From Pseudomonadales bacterium (GTDB taxonomy: Bacteria > Pseudomonadota > Gammaproteobacteria > Pseudomonadales > UBA5518), in assembly GCA_024234165.1 (NCBI GenBank), contig JACKOP010000001.1, forward strand, positions 213,707 to 277,706: a stretch of 64,000 bases of DNA, written 5' to 3'. Below the pieces are notes generated by a model, which saw only the letters and a program-made list of their open reading frames with translations, made no database searches and was not told where the DNA came from. A program made the translations under genes and the position numbers. Each line of letters opens with the position of its first letter. Within the stretch, counting starts at the first letter, position 1. Positions 1-16,323 of the stretch are shown here, piece by piece.

Positions 1-776
1 CACACGTACGCAATCGCAGCGTTCATGAGCGGGCTCTGCCCGTAGGCGAGTACCAGCGTTTCACGGATCGACGGTGGCAGCAGTCCGCCCGTGATCTGCG
101 GCTCGGCGAGTTCGGCTGCCGGCACCTCACCGACCACGCGCTGGTAGCGCATGCTGACATCGTGGAGATTGGTCACATCGGTCAGCAGATTCGACTCGGC
201 CAGCGCGAGGCGACCTGCAGCCTGCTCCAGATCGACGCGGCGGCTGACCCCCGCCTTCACACGGCGTTCGATCTGTTCGTAGATCATGCGGTGTGTTGCA
301 TAGTTTTCTTCCGACAGGGAAGCCAGCCCGCGGTGTCGCATCACATCGTAGTAGGCGCGAGCCGCTTCCGCGCTGAGCCGTTCCGACTCGCCCTGGATCT
401 CGTGCCAACGCGTGCGTGCTGCGTGGTTCAGCCGACGGACTTCGTTACGGGTCCGGAAGCCGTCGTAGATCATCTGACTCAGCATCACGCTCACACGGTC
501 ACGCGTGAAATCCCTCTCCAGATACCGCGGATCGTCGATACGCTCCCGTCCCACCCCCGCCTCGAGGTCGACTCGCGGCAGGTAGCCGCCGCTGGCCACA
601 CGCGTCATTTCGTCGGCAGCCAGGTACTCCTGTACGGCAGCGCGTACTTCAGGGTTCGATGTCACGGTCTGGCGCGCAACGCTGCGCAGATCTTCCAGCG
701 TACCCGAGGCCGTAACCGATCCCGCGCCCAGCAACGAGGCGAGCGATACCACAATATGAAGCCTGGTGCGCAACAC
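1..776 (-). CDS. TolC-family type I secretion outer-membrane protein (LapE-like); N-terminal part only, gene runs off the left edge
   Basis: Absent from the ORF track because it is open to the window edge. My minus-strand translation from GTG at 776 (AGGAG about 10 nt upstream) reads VLRTRLHIVVSLASLLGAGSVTASGTLEDLRSVARQTVTSNPEVRAAVQEYLAADEMTRVASGGYLPRVDLEAGVGRERIDD.... That is a signal peptide followed by the typical TolC/OEP N-terminal pattern. It is divergent from lapG-lapD. Confidence 0.8.
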   Translation of the reverse strand, partial: MLRTRLHIVVSLASLLGAGSVTASGTLEDLRSVARQTVTSNPEVRAAVQEYLAADEMTRVASGGYLPRVDLEAGVGRERIDDPRYLERDFTRDRVSVMLSQMIYDGFRTRNEVRRLNHAARTRWHEIQGESERLSAEAARAYYDVMRHRGLASLSEENYATHRMIYEQIERRVKAGVSRRVDLEQAAGRLALAESNLLTDVTNLHDVSMRYQRVVGEVPAAELAEPQITGGLLPPSIRETLVLAYGQSPLMNAAIAYV

Positions 777-985
777 GTCCCGCTTACTCCTTTCTCGTGC
801 TTGATTGCCCGCGCATCTGTCCGAAGCGCTCACTGCATCACGTTCATCGTGACGGCAGGCGATTCTATCCAACGGCGGCGGCCGAAGCTGCTAGCTTTAT
901 AGGCGATCCGCGATATTTTCACAGTAGTCATGGAATTTGCCAGGGGATGCTGCACGAAGGGGGCCGGTATCAGCATGTCGACAGA

Positions 986-1654
986 ATGACGGTCGTGCGT
1001 TTTCTTGCACTATTGATTTTCGTCTGTGCTGGCTGCGTGGCGTTCGCTGTCGGCAACCCCGATTTCGACCGTGCAAGGAATCTTGCACGGGAGCGCTACG
1101 GCGTGGAGGCAGAAGCAAGGATCGCGAGCTGGATCGACTTGATCGCATCATCGGGAATGATGAGCGAGCACGAGAGGCTGTTGGCGGTAAACGCATTCTT
1201 CAACCGTCACGTCGTATTCGCGGATGATTCGGCAATCTGGGGGCAACCCGATTACTGGGCCACGCCGCTCGAGGCGCTCGGTCGTGGAATGGGAGACTGC
1301 GAAGACTACAGCATCGGCAAATACGCCACGCTGGTCCTGATGGGCATACCCGTGGAGCGCATGCGCATCACCTACGTGCGTGCCGAAGCAGGTCTTCCAG
1401 GCAGCGGTATCAGCCAGGCCCATATGGTGCTTGCGTACTACGCTCAGGCAGACGCGCAACCACTGGTTCTGGACAACCTCCTGTCCGAAGTGCGTCCCGC
1501 CTCGCGCCGTCCCGATCTGCATCCCGTCTTCGGTTTCAATAGCGAAGGCTTGTGGCTGGGCAGTGCAGCCATCCCGGCGGCCCGTGACCCGACCGCCAGG
1601 CTGTCGCGCTGGCGGGATGTGCTTCGCCGGATGGCACTGGAAGGCCTACACTGA
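986..1654 (+). CDS. lapG: LapG-type periplasmic transglutaminase-like cysteine protease (BTLCP/DUF920 family)
   Basis: This is the last 222 aa of track ORF 797..1654. I place the start at ATG 986, where MTVVRFLALLIFVCAGCVAFA forms a signal peptide. Cys/His/Asp contexts typical of the family are present (GMGDCEDYSIGKY, SQAHMVLAYY, LVLDNL). It lies directly upstream of a LapD-like gene. Confidence 0.88.
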   Translation: MTVVRFLALLIFVCAGCVAFAVGNPDFDRARNLARERYGVEAEARIASWIDLIASSGMMSEHERLLAVNAFFNRHVVFADDSAIWGQPDYWATPLEALGRGMGDCEDYSIGKYATLVLMGIPVERMRITYVRAEAGLPGSGISQAHMVLAYYAQADAQPLVLDNLLSEVRPASRRPDLHPVFGFNSEGLWLGSAAIPAARDPTARLSRWRDVLRRMALEGLH

Positions 1655-1689
1655 TGGCCGTTGGATCCTCATCGTCGGGGGCTTGATCA

Positions 1690-3639
1690 ATGTCGCTCAT
1701 CAAGCAACTCTGGCTCGCCATCGTATTGGTCGCCATGGTTGCCTTCAGTGGAAGCCTGCTGGTGAGCAGCCTGTCGGCGCGAGCCTATCTGCAGGAGCAA
1801 CTGCTGCTGAAGAATGTGGATACCGCGGCCTCGCTGGCCTCGACGCTGTCGCAGATGCCGAAGGATGAGGTCACGATCGAGCTGCTTGTGGCCTCCCAGT
1901 TCGACACCGGCCATTACGAGAGCATCCGTCTCGTCGACCCCCGAGGGACGGTCATCGTGGAGCGCCGCAGCGATGTGCACATCGATGGTGCGCCCGGTTG
2001 GTTCATGCGCATGGTTCCGCTGCACGTGACGCCCGGCATCGCCCAGGTGCAGGACGGCTGGAAGCAGTACGGCACTCTGACCCTCAGCAGCCACGCACGC
2101 TTCGCTTACCGTGAATTGTGGACGAGCACGCTGCGTCTGCTGGCCTGGTTCATCGCTGCGGCCGTACTGACCGGTATCGCGGGTACCGTGATCCTGCGCC
2201 TGATCCTGCGTCCACTCGATGGCATCGTGCGGCAGGCAGAAGCCATCGGGGCGCGTCGTTTCATTACGGCAGGAGTGCCGAAAACACCGGAATTTGCTGC
2301 GGTTGTGCGTGCAATGAATGCCCTGGCCAAGCGTGTGCGCCAGATGCTCGAGGACGAGTCGCAACGCCTGGAGCAGTTGCGCCGCGAAGCACACCACGAC
2401 GCCGTGACCGGGTTGCTCAACCGCGGGCATTTCATGGCACGCTTGCTGACGGCATTGGGACGCGAGGACGAGAGTGCGCGCGGAGTACTGGTCATTGCAC
2501 GTCTGCTCGATCTGAACGAACTGAACCGTAACCATGGCTGGCCGGTCGTGGACGCACTGATCCGACGTTTTGCAAGAACTCTGGAGAGCATCGGGCCTGC
2601 CGAAGCTGAATGGATGCCTGGCCGACTCAACGGGTCTGATTTTGCGCTGCTGGCTCCGGGTTGTGACGACGCTGCCGGCCTTGCACGCAGGGTTCAGGAA
2701 GGCATGGCAATGATCGCGCGCGAGTTCGATCTGGCCGATGAGTGCCGTCTGCCGGCAGCAGCCACACTTTACCGTCACGGAGATCAGTTGGGACGGATCC
2801 TGGCACGCGTCGATGCGGCACTCACCATTGCGCTGGAACCGTCAGGAGACAGCGTGCAGGTGGCTGCTCCGGACCAGCGGTTCGACGAGCGGGAGCCTCG
2901 CGACGGGCTCGATGTGTGGAGAGAGCGTTTCATCCATGCACTGAACCCGAACCAGATCAAGTTGCACAGTTATCCCGTCGTCGATGCAGCAGGACGCTTC
3001 CTGCACAACGAATGCGTAGCACGCATGCGCCTCGACAGAACGTCGGACTGGTTGCACGCAGGAGATTTCGTTCCTTGGCTGGCACGTCTCGGAAACCTCC
3101 ATCGCCTCGACGAGATGGTGGTAGACCTCGCGCTGGAACGCCTGCAACACGGTGCCGACGATATCTGCATCAACCTGTCTGCGCAGGCGATGAACAACGC
3201 AGTGCTCGTGCATCGCATCGCGAGCAAGCTGGGCGGTGTTCGCGAAAATGCGGTACGTCTGTGGATCGAAATTCCGGAGCATGGCGTGTTTCAGCACCTG
3301 GAACATTTCCGTGTTCTGTGTGCACTGCTGAAACCGCTGGGATGCCATCTCGGCATCGAACATGTGGGGCATCAGGTATCCCGTATCGGACAACTGCACG
3401 ATCTCGGCATCGACTACATCAAGATCGACGCTGCGTTCGTCAAGGGCATCGACGAAAATCAGGCCAACCAGGTGTTTTTGCGTGGACTGGCGATGATCGC
3501 GCACTCGATAGGTCTGAGTACGCTTGCCGAAGGCGTGGACAGCGCCGCCGAACTGCGCACGCTGGTTGAACTGGGGTTTGATGGTGCCACGGGTCCTGCG
3601 GTGACGCTGATGCTGGACAATGAAGCAGTGTCGGGCTGA
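1690..3639 (+). CDS. lapD: LapD-like inner-membrane c-di-GMP receptor (LapD/MoxY N-terminal periplasmic domain, HAMP, degenerate GGDEF, degenerate EAL)
   Basis: Track ORF of 649 aa. The N-terminus MSLIKQLWLAIVLVAMVAFSGSLLVSSLSARAYLQEQL and a second TM (LRLLAWFIAAAVLTGIAGTVIL) bracket a periplasmic domain. The GGDEF position reads NGSDF. The EAL position reads ECV and DDFGTG reads EHVGHQ, so the protein looks catalytically dead, as expected for a receptor. Confidence 0.88.
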   Translation: MSLIKQLWLAIVLVAMVAFSGSLLVSSLSARAYLQEQLLLKNVDTAASLASTLSQMPKDEVTIELLVASQFDTGHYESIRLVDPRGTVIVERRSDVHIDGAPGWFMRMVPLHVTPGIAQVQDGWKQYGTLTLSSHARFAYRELWTSTLRLLAWFIAAAVLTGIAGTVILRLILRPLDGIVRQAEAIGARRFITAGVPKTPEFAAVVRAMNALAKRVRQMLEDESQRLEQLRREAHHDAVTGLLNRGHFMARLLTALGREDESARGVLVIARLLDLNELNRNHGWPVVDALIRRFARTLESIGPAEAEWMPGRLNGSDFALLAPGCDDAAGLARRVQEGMAMIAREFDLADECRLPAAATLYRHGDQLGRILARVDAALTIALEPSGDSVQVAAPDQRFDEREPRDGLDVWRERFIHALNPNQIKLHSYPVVDAAGRFLHNECVARMRLDRTSDWLHAGDFVPWLARLGNLHRLDEMVVDLALERLQHGADDICINLSAQAMNNAVLVHRIASKLGGVRENAVRLWIEIPEHGVFQHLEHFRVLCALLKPLGCHLGIEHVGHQVSRIGQLHDLGIDYIKIDAAFVKGIDENQANQVFLRGLAMIAHSIGLSTLAEGVDSAAELRTLVELGFDGATGPAVTLMLDNEAVSG

Positions 3640-3645
3640 ACCGGT

Positions 3646-3975
3646 TCAGAGGAGTGTGTGATCCTCTCCAAGCAACCCGAGGTGCGTCCCGCCTCCGCGT
3701 AACTCGCGACGTTCGAACAGCTTGCGCTGCGCAGCCAGTGGCAGATCGGTGAAACGGATCAGATTTTTCTCGATCAGTACGTTCACGAGGTCATCGAGCA
3801 CCCGCACGACCTCGCGGTCGGATTCGGCCAGGCGCGACTGCACGACCCCGGCCCGTTGCCCGAACTCGACGAGATCGGTGGCATCCGCCGTGATCGCTTC
3901 GAACCCCTCGATCGGCTCCATGCTTACGGCCACGATTTCGCCTTCGACATTGCGTCGCACATAACGCATCCGCAC
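3646..3975 (-). CDS. Conserved small hypothetical protein (109 aa), co-oriented and 52 nt downstream of the adhesin gene
   Basis: Track ORF. The motif SDREVVRVLDDLVNVLIEKNLIRFTDLPLAAQRKL resembles a small proteobacterial family of unknown function that I recall only loosely. No catalytic motifs are seen. Confidence 0.55.
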   Translation of the reverse strand: MRMRYVRRNVEGEIVAVSMEPIEGFEAITADATDLVEFGQRAGVVQSRLAESDREVVRVLDDLVNVLIEKNLIRFTDLPLAAQRKLFERRELRGGGTHLGLLGEDHTLL

Positions 3976-4027
3976 ACTGCTCCATCTCGCAAACGCTTGC
4001 GATGACCGTGATGCACGGACGGCTGCA

Positions 4028-10903
<6,876 letters not shown>

Positions 10904-11077
10904 GAAGGATGTCCCCGGAGCGCGAATCAGTGGCGAAAAACTCTTTGTGCGTCAAGTCTAGGCGAACAAATGCATGCCCATGGACTGTACAGAAGTACTA
11001 GACGCTCCACTTGGAGCAGGACAATCGCAGCAGGCCGCGTGCAGTTGGCCGAAAATGCCGAACACGCATGAACCTGC

Positions 11078-11692
11078 TCAGGAAGGGCGACGCAAGAGAA
11101 GCGCAAGATGAAGGCGATCCCGCACATCGAGCTTGGCGAAGACTGCTCCAAGATGTGCCTTGACGGTGCGTTCGGTGATCTCCAATTCCCGTGCGATCTC
11201 CTTGTTGCTCGCGCCGTTTGCGACTGCCAGGGCAACCTCACGCTCTCGGATCGACAATCTGGTCAGCAGTTCCGGATCCGGCGCTGCCGGCAACTGTGCC
11301 GCCTGCGAGGCCCTGATCATGCGTCGCAGCAGGCCTTCTCCGACCCACAACCCGCGATTCTCGACGACCGCAGCGACCTGGTGCAGACTCTTTGGTCCTG
11401 CGCAGGAGTGACAATAGCCAACCACGCCGCAATCCATGAGATCCAGAGCCTGCTCGTCGGACGGCACATCAGACAGAACGATCAGGCGAGCGGGGGAGAA
11501 GAGCCCGATCACACCTGCCGGGGTGGCGATGGCTTTCGCAGCCACGGACGGTACGTGCAACCATACGATCACCTGCTCCTCCATCAGGGTCTGTGCTGCG
11601 GCAACGGATCCGGCTACCGTTCCAGCAGGAAAGGCTTCCTTCCAGCGTGCCGATACGATCTGATCTTTGCTGATGAGGATGTGTCGGGTCAT
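11078..11692 (-). CDS. LuxR/GerE-family transcriptional regulator with an atypical (pseudo-)receiver N-terminal domain
   Basis: Track ORF of 204 aa. The C-terminal HTH is LSIREREVALAVANGASNKEIARELEITERTVKAHLGAVFAKLDV. The N-terminus is receiver-like (LIVLSDVPSDEQALDLMDCGVVGYCH), but the expected phospho-acceptor position reads VWLHV with no Asp. Its start overlaps the MFP gene stop by 4 nt. Confidence 0.75.
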   Translation of the reverse strand: MTRHILISKDQIVSARWKEAFPAGTVAGSVAAAQTLMEEQVIVWLHVPSVAAKAIATPAGVIGLFSPARLIVLSDVPSDEQALDLMDCGVVGYCHSCAGPKSLHQVAAVVENRGLWVGEGLLRRMIRASQAAQLPAAPDPELLTRLSIREREVALAVANGASNKEIARELEITERTVKAHLGAVFAKLDVRDRLHLALLLRRPS

Positions 11693-13101
11693 CGTTCTGT
11701 CAACGCATATTGCCGTGCGCGCAGCACCGGCTTCATGAGATAACTCAGGACGCTCTTGCGACCGGTCATGATGTCGACTTCCGCCATCATGCCCGGAATG
11801 ATCGGGAGATCGTCGCCGAGGCTCGGCTTGGTCGTTCTGACTCGCACGAGGTAATACGCGTTGCCGTCTTCATCAGTGATCGTGTCCGCACCGATGCTTT
11901 CTACCGTTGCATCCATGCCCCCATACACGACGAAGTCGTACGCAGTGAACTTGACGCGAGCCTGCTGCCCCGGGCTCAGGAACGCGATGTCGCGCGGTGC
12001 AATGCGCGCCTCGAGCAGCAGCGTGTCGTCGAGCGGCACGATCTCGATGATATCGCGTCCCGGCAGGACGACGCCGCCTTGGGTATTGATCAGCAGGCGC
12101 TTGACGGTACCCCTCACCGGTGAACGAACCTCTGCCTGCTTGACTCGATCGGAAAGCCCCAGACTGCTCTCGACCAGGCTGTTCAGCATGGCGGTAGCAT
12201 CTGCAAGTTCGACCCGACGGGCATTGCGATAATCAAGTTCGACCTGTCCGATCTTGCGCTTGGCTTCATCGATTGCTGCCTGCACACGGGTGATCTGCGC
12301 TGCTGCCTGGTCGCGCTCGCCACGCAAGCGTGATACATCGCGCTTGAGACGCAATATCTCGACCTCCGACACCGCGCCTGATTCAACCAGCGGCTCCGTC
12401 TGCGCCAATTCCTGGTGAGCGAGATCGTGGTTACGTGCAGCCTGCGCATGCAGTGCATTGGTTTCTCGCAGCTCCTGTTCCCTTTGGGCCAGCTGCTGAC
12501 TCGCGATGCCGACCTGTCCCTCGAGTTCGGCCAGACTGGTTTCATATAGCCGCCTCTCCGCAGCCGCGATCTCAGGCGCTTCAGACGCGACTTCTGCCGG
12601 CACCTCGAACGGCTTCCCGTCCGCGATCGCCTGGAGTCGGCGCGTCTTCGCTAGCAGTGACAATCTCTGTGCGCGGTTTTCGCCCAGTGCGGATGCGAAT
12701 CGCGTGGCATCGATCCGGACCAGCAACTGGCCCGCATCCACGATCTGGCCTTCGCGTATGTGAATTTCGGAAACGATGCCCCCGTCCAGCGACTGGATGA
12801 CCTGCACCTGCCGTGAAGGTACGACTTTCGCTACTCCGCGCGTCACCTCATCGATGTGTGCCAGTGCTGACCAGAGAATCAACAGCAGGACGACGAGGGA
12901 GGTCATGTGCAGCAGTGCACGTGCACGCAACGGATCGCGTGCGATACGTGCAGCATGCGCGTCCTCGGCCCAGTCAAGGCGATCTTCACCCGGAACATCG
13001 AACCAGCGTGCAAACACCCGATCGACCCACGGTTTGCCGAACGCGGCCCAGCGATCGGCCAGGGTCTGTCGATGCCCAGCAATCGGGGTCGGCTGGTTCA
13101 T
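11689..13101 (-). CDS. lapC: HlyD-family type I secretion membrane fusion protein (LapC-like)
   Basis: Track ORF of 470 aa. It has an N-terminal TM (MTSLVVLLLILWSALAHI), a long coiled-coil region and a C-terminal beta-barrel region ending in LSYLMKPVLRARQYALTER. Its start overlaps the ABC gene stop by 4 nt. Confidence 0.88.
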   Translation of the reverse strand: MNQPTPIAGHRQTLADRWAAFGKPWVDRVFARWFDVPGEDRLDWAEDAHAARIARDPLRARALLHMTSLVVLLLILWSALAHIDEVTRGVAKVVPSRQVQVIQSLDGGIVSEIHIREGQIVDAGQLLVRIDATRFASALGENRAQRLSLLAKTRRLQAIADGKPFEVPAEVASEAPEIAAAERRLYETSLAELEGQVGIASQQLAQREQELRETNALHAQAARNHDLAHQELAQTEPLVESGAVSEVEILRLKRDVSRLRGERDQAAAQITRVQAAIDEAKRKIGQVELDYRNARRVELADATAMLNSLVESSLGLSDRVKQAEVRSPVRGTVKRLLINTQGGVVLPGRDIIEIVPLDDTLLLEARIAPRDIAFLSPGQQARVKFTAYDFVVYGGMDATVESIGADTITDEDGNAYYLVRVRTTKPSLGDDLPIIPGMMAEVDIMTGRKSVLSYLMKPVLRARQYALTER

Positions 13102-15263
13102 ATGCCTCTCCCGATGCGACCCTGGCGAAGTGCTTCGATTACCGTTGCCTTGGGCCCATCGGCGACGATCTTGCCGTTGTCGATCACGATGATGCGCTCG
13201 ACGATGTCGAGCAACGAGGTCCTGTGCGTCACGACCAGCATCGTGCGATCGCTGCAGAACTCGCGCAGCTTCCTCTTGACCGTGTCTTCGCTCGAATGGT
13301 CCATTGCTGCCGTTGGCTCATCGAGCAGCAGGATGGGTGGCTTGTTGATAACGGCACGCGCGATCGCCACCCCTTCACGCTGGCCGCCGGACAGCGATTC
13401 ACCACGCTCGCCCACCGGCATATCGAACCCCTTGGGGTGCTGATTGACGAATTCCGCGATATTGCCGATGTCCGCCGAGTGCAGGATATCGGTGTCTTCC
13501 GCATGCGGCGTTCCGATCGTGAGATTCTCGCGCAGCGTGCCATAAAACAGCGTCACATCTTGCGGTACATAGCCGATGCTCCGTCGCAGTTCACCGGGTT
13601 CGAGCTGGCGCAGGTCGATCCCGTCGATCAGGACAGCCCCCGAGAGCGGGCGGTACAAGCCGAGGATCAGGCGCAACAGCGTGCTCTTGCCCGAGCCGGT
13701 GCGACCCAGAATCGCAACCTTTTCTCCGGCGCGAATGCGCAGGCTCACACCTCGCAGTGCGTTGACCTCGGTATTCGGGTACGAAAAGCCCACATCTCGA
13801 AACTCGATATCGCCGCGGAAAGACTGGCGGCTCAGGAAGCGGGCGCCGTGTGGTCGCTCCACCGGGTGAGAGACGATCTGGTCGAGCGCCTGCAACGCGG
13901 TCATGGCGTTGTGGTACTGCGTCATCAGGCCTGCAATCTGTCCCATCGGTGCGAGTGCACGCGAACCCAGCATCGAACAAGCTATGAGCCCGCCGAGCGA
14001 GAGTTGGCCCGCACCTATCAGGTAGACCCCGATGACGATTACGCTGATGATCACCAGTTGCTGCGACAGCAACGCGACGTTGATCGTCGACAAGGCCAGC
14101 ATGCGCTGTCGAGCACCCGTGTGGGCGAGAAAGCTCGCACTGCGTTCCCATCGCTTCTGCATGACGCCTTCGGCACCAAGCGTCTTGACCGTTTCAAGCC
14201 CGACCAGGCTCTCCACCAGTGTTGCATTGCGCATCGCACCAGCGCGGAAGGACGACACGGCCAACTCATGGATGCGCGTGCCGACCGTCGCTGCGTATCC
14301 GGTCACGAACAGCATCGCAAGCACTGCCGGTATCAGCATTGGCCAGGCAATCCATCCGATCACGGCCAGGAATATGACCGTGAACGGCAAATCGATCAGC
14401 GCCGTGATGGTCGCCGACGTGATGAAATCGCGCACGGTCTCGAACGAGCGCAGATTCGCGGCCAGCGAACCTACGGAGGCCGGCCGTTCCTCGAGACGCA
14501 TCCCGAGTACGCGTTCCATGATGAATGCCGACAGGGTGAGATCGACCCGCTTGCTCGCGAGATCAAGAAAGAAACCCCGCATCGAGCGCAGGGAAAAATC
14601 ACCCAGCAGTACCAGAGCCACTCCCACAGCCAGGACCCACAGGGTCTCCACGGCGTGATTGGGAACCACACGATCGTAGACATTCATCGTGAACAGCGGC
14701 AAAGCCAGCGCGAAAACATTGACCATGCCGGCTGCCAGCATCACGTCCCGATAGAGCGGCAGGTTTTGCCGCATGGCGCCCCAGAACCAGTGGGGCCCAC
14801 GCTCGATGCCGACCTCGGGGGCACGTTCGTCGAAATTGAAAGCCATGCGCGTCAACAACGCCGAGCCGAGATATCCGTCGGCGAGCACCTGCATGTCGAT
14901 CGAAGCGGGTGCATCTGCACCGCAATGCAGCACCTTGGCGCGTTCACCGTCGCGCGCCAGAAGCACACAAGCCTGCGAGTCACGCAGCAGCAGGATTGCC
15001 GGCAAGGTATCGCCGTCGAGGCGATCCAGCGAAGATTCGACAACCTTTGCTTCGAGTCCAGCCCGCTCTGCTGCGCGCAACGCGAGCGAAGGGGACAGGC
15101 GACCACGTTCCAGCGGCAGCCCCGCGATCAGGCCCTCGCGTGATACCTGCACGCCGCGCTCGCGCGCCACGTACACGAGTGCGTCGAGCAACGGATCACG
15201 AAAGAGTGGCGCATCAGGAGCGTCCGTCTCGCTTGCTGGAACGGAAGCTGAAGAATCGGGCAT
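13098..15263 (-). CDS. lapB: Type I secretion ABC transporter permease/ATPase with N-terminal C39-like domain (LapB-like)
   Basis: Track ORF of 721 aa. Walker A is GRTGSGKST, the signature is LSGGQRE and Walker B is ILLLDEPTAAMD. A six-TM region is present, and the N-terminal roughly 130 aa are peptidase-C39-like with no obvious catalytic Cys context. Confidence 0.9.
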   Translation of the reverse strand: MPDSSASVPASETDAPDAPLFRDPLLDALVYVARERGVQVSREGLIAGLPLERGRLSPSLALRAAERAGLEAKVVESSLDRLDGDTLPAILLLRDSQACVLLARDGERAKVLHCGADAPASIDMQVLADGYLGSALLTRMAFNFDERAPEVGIERGPHWFWGAMRQNLPLYRDVMLAAGMVNVFALALPLFTMNVYDRVVPNHAVETLWVLAVGVALVLLGDFSLRSMRGFFLDLASKRVDLTLSAFIMERVLGMRLEERPASVGSLAANLRSFETVRDFITSATITALIDLPFTVIFLAVIGWIAWPMLIPAVLAMLFVTGYAATVGTRIHELAVSSFRAGAMRNATLVESLVGLETVKTLGAEGVMQKRWERSASFLAHTGARQRMLALSTINVALLSQQLVIISVIVIGVYLIGAGQLSLGGLIACSMLGSRALAPMGQIAGLMTQYHNAMTALQALDQIVSHPVERPHGARFLSRQSFRGDIEFRDVGFSYPNTEVNALRGVSLRIRAGEKVAILGRTGSGKSTLLRLILGLYRPLSGAVLIDGIDLRQLEPGELRRSIGYVPQDVTLFYGTLRENLTIGTPHAEDTDILHSADIGNIAEFVNQHPKGFDMPVGERGESLSGGQREGVAIARAVINKPPILLLDEPTAAMDHSSEDTVKRKLREFCSDRTMLVVTHRTSLLDIVERIIVIDNGKIVADGPKATVIEALRQGRIGRGI

Positions 15264-15322
15264 CGGGTCGGAGTGTCCGCAATGAATGTCTCACATCGAC
15301 TACCGACCGAGTATAGACCGAC

Positions 15323-16279
15323 TCAAGCCTTGCCGCGGTTGTGCACGAAGGTTTGCAGCGTGCGTATGTCGGCCCCGAAAATACGGATGCCCTCGGCGAG
15401 CTTCTCCGTCGCCATCGCATCCTCGTTCAGTTCCCAGCGGAAGTCATGCTCGTCGAGTACGAGTTTGTCCGGAGCCGTGGCCCCTTTGCCCTGTGGATCC
15501 AGAGTGCGCGCAAGCGCTGCCTCGGATGCTTCGAGACCGTTCATCAGTGCTGGTGCAATCGTCAACAGATCGCAGCCCGCGAGTGCCCGGATCTGGTCCA
15601 GATTGCGAAAGCTCGCCCCCATGATTTCGGTCGCATAGCCATAATGCTTGTAATAAGAGTAGATACGCCTGACCGAAAGCACGCCCGGATCTTCATCTGC
15701 AGGGTACGCGTCGCGCCCCTCGTGTTTCTTGTACCAGTCCAGGATGCGCCCGACAAACGGTGAAATCAGCCTGACGCCGGCGTCAGCACACGCAACTGCC
15801 TGGGCGAAGCCGAACAGCAGTGTCATGTTGCAGCGGATGCCGCGTCGCTCCAGCGTGGCTGCGGCCTGGATTCCTTCCCAGGTCGACGCAATCTTGATCA
15901 GAACGCGTTCGCGCGTGATGCCGAGCTGCTCATAGAGATCAATCAATCCCTCGGCACGCCGGATCGTCGCATCCGTGTCGAACGAGAGCCGGGCATCGAC
16001 TTCGGTGGATACACGGCCAGGAACGAGTTTCAGGATTTCCGTGCCGAAGTTGACGGCCAGCCTGTCCATGATCGCCGCGTCGCGTTGCTCTCCCGAATAA
16101 CGGTTTCCCCATGCGAGAGCGTCGTCGAGCAGGTGGGCGTAGTCCGCCTTCTGCGCGGCCTTCAGCAGCAATGACGGGTTGGTCGTGGCATCCGTGGGTC
16201 GGAACGCCGCAATCGATTCGATATCGCCGGTATCGGCAACGACGGTCGTCATCGTGCGGAGTTGTTCGAGCTGGTTCAT
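15323..16279 (-). CDS. tal: Transaldolase (type 1)
   Basis: Track ORF of 318 aa. The motifs [41 protein letters not shown] and [11 protein letters not shown] are canonical transaldolase motifs. Confidence 0.93.
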   Translation of the reverse strand: MNQLEQLRTMTTVVADTGDIESIAAFRPTDATTNPSLLLKAAQKADYAHLLDDALAWGNRYSGEQRDAAIMDRLAVNFGTEILKLVPGRVSTEVDARLSFDTDATIRRAEGLIDLYEQLGITRERVLIKIASTWEGIQAAATLERRGIRCNMTLLFGFAQAVACADAGVRLISPFVGRILDWYKKHEGRDAYPADEDPGVLSVRRIYSYYKHYGYATEIMGASFRNLDQIRALAGCDLLTIAPALMNGLEASEAALARTLDPQGKGATAPDKLVLDEHDFRWELNEDAMATEKLAEGIRIFGADIRTLQTFVHNRGKA

Positions 16280-16323
16280 CGGGAAACCTCCTCGCTGTGG
16301 CCATGGATCCGGGACATGATCGA

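Noticed and set aside
162-902. 246-aa plus-strand ORF at the left edge
   Set aside because: It is antisense to a well-supported TolC-family reading frame. Its translation is low-complexity, Arg-rich and has no recognisable motifs.
3636-3649. Palindrome CTGAACCGGTTCAG as a bidirectional terminator
   Set aside because: The stem would be at most about 5 bp once a loop is allowed, and there is no U-tract on either side. It is more likely a coincidence of two convergent stop codons.
12813-15143. 776-aa plus-strand ORF
   Set aside because: It is antisense to the lapB/lapC genes, which carry clear Walker and HlyD motifs. This is a typical GC-rich shadow ORF.
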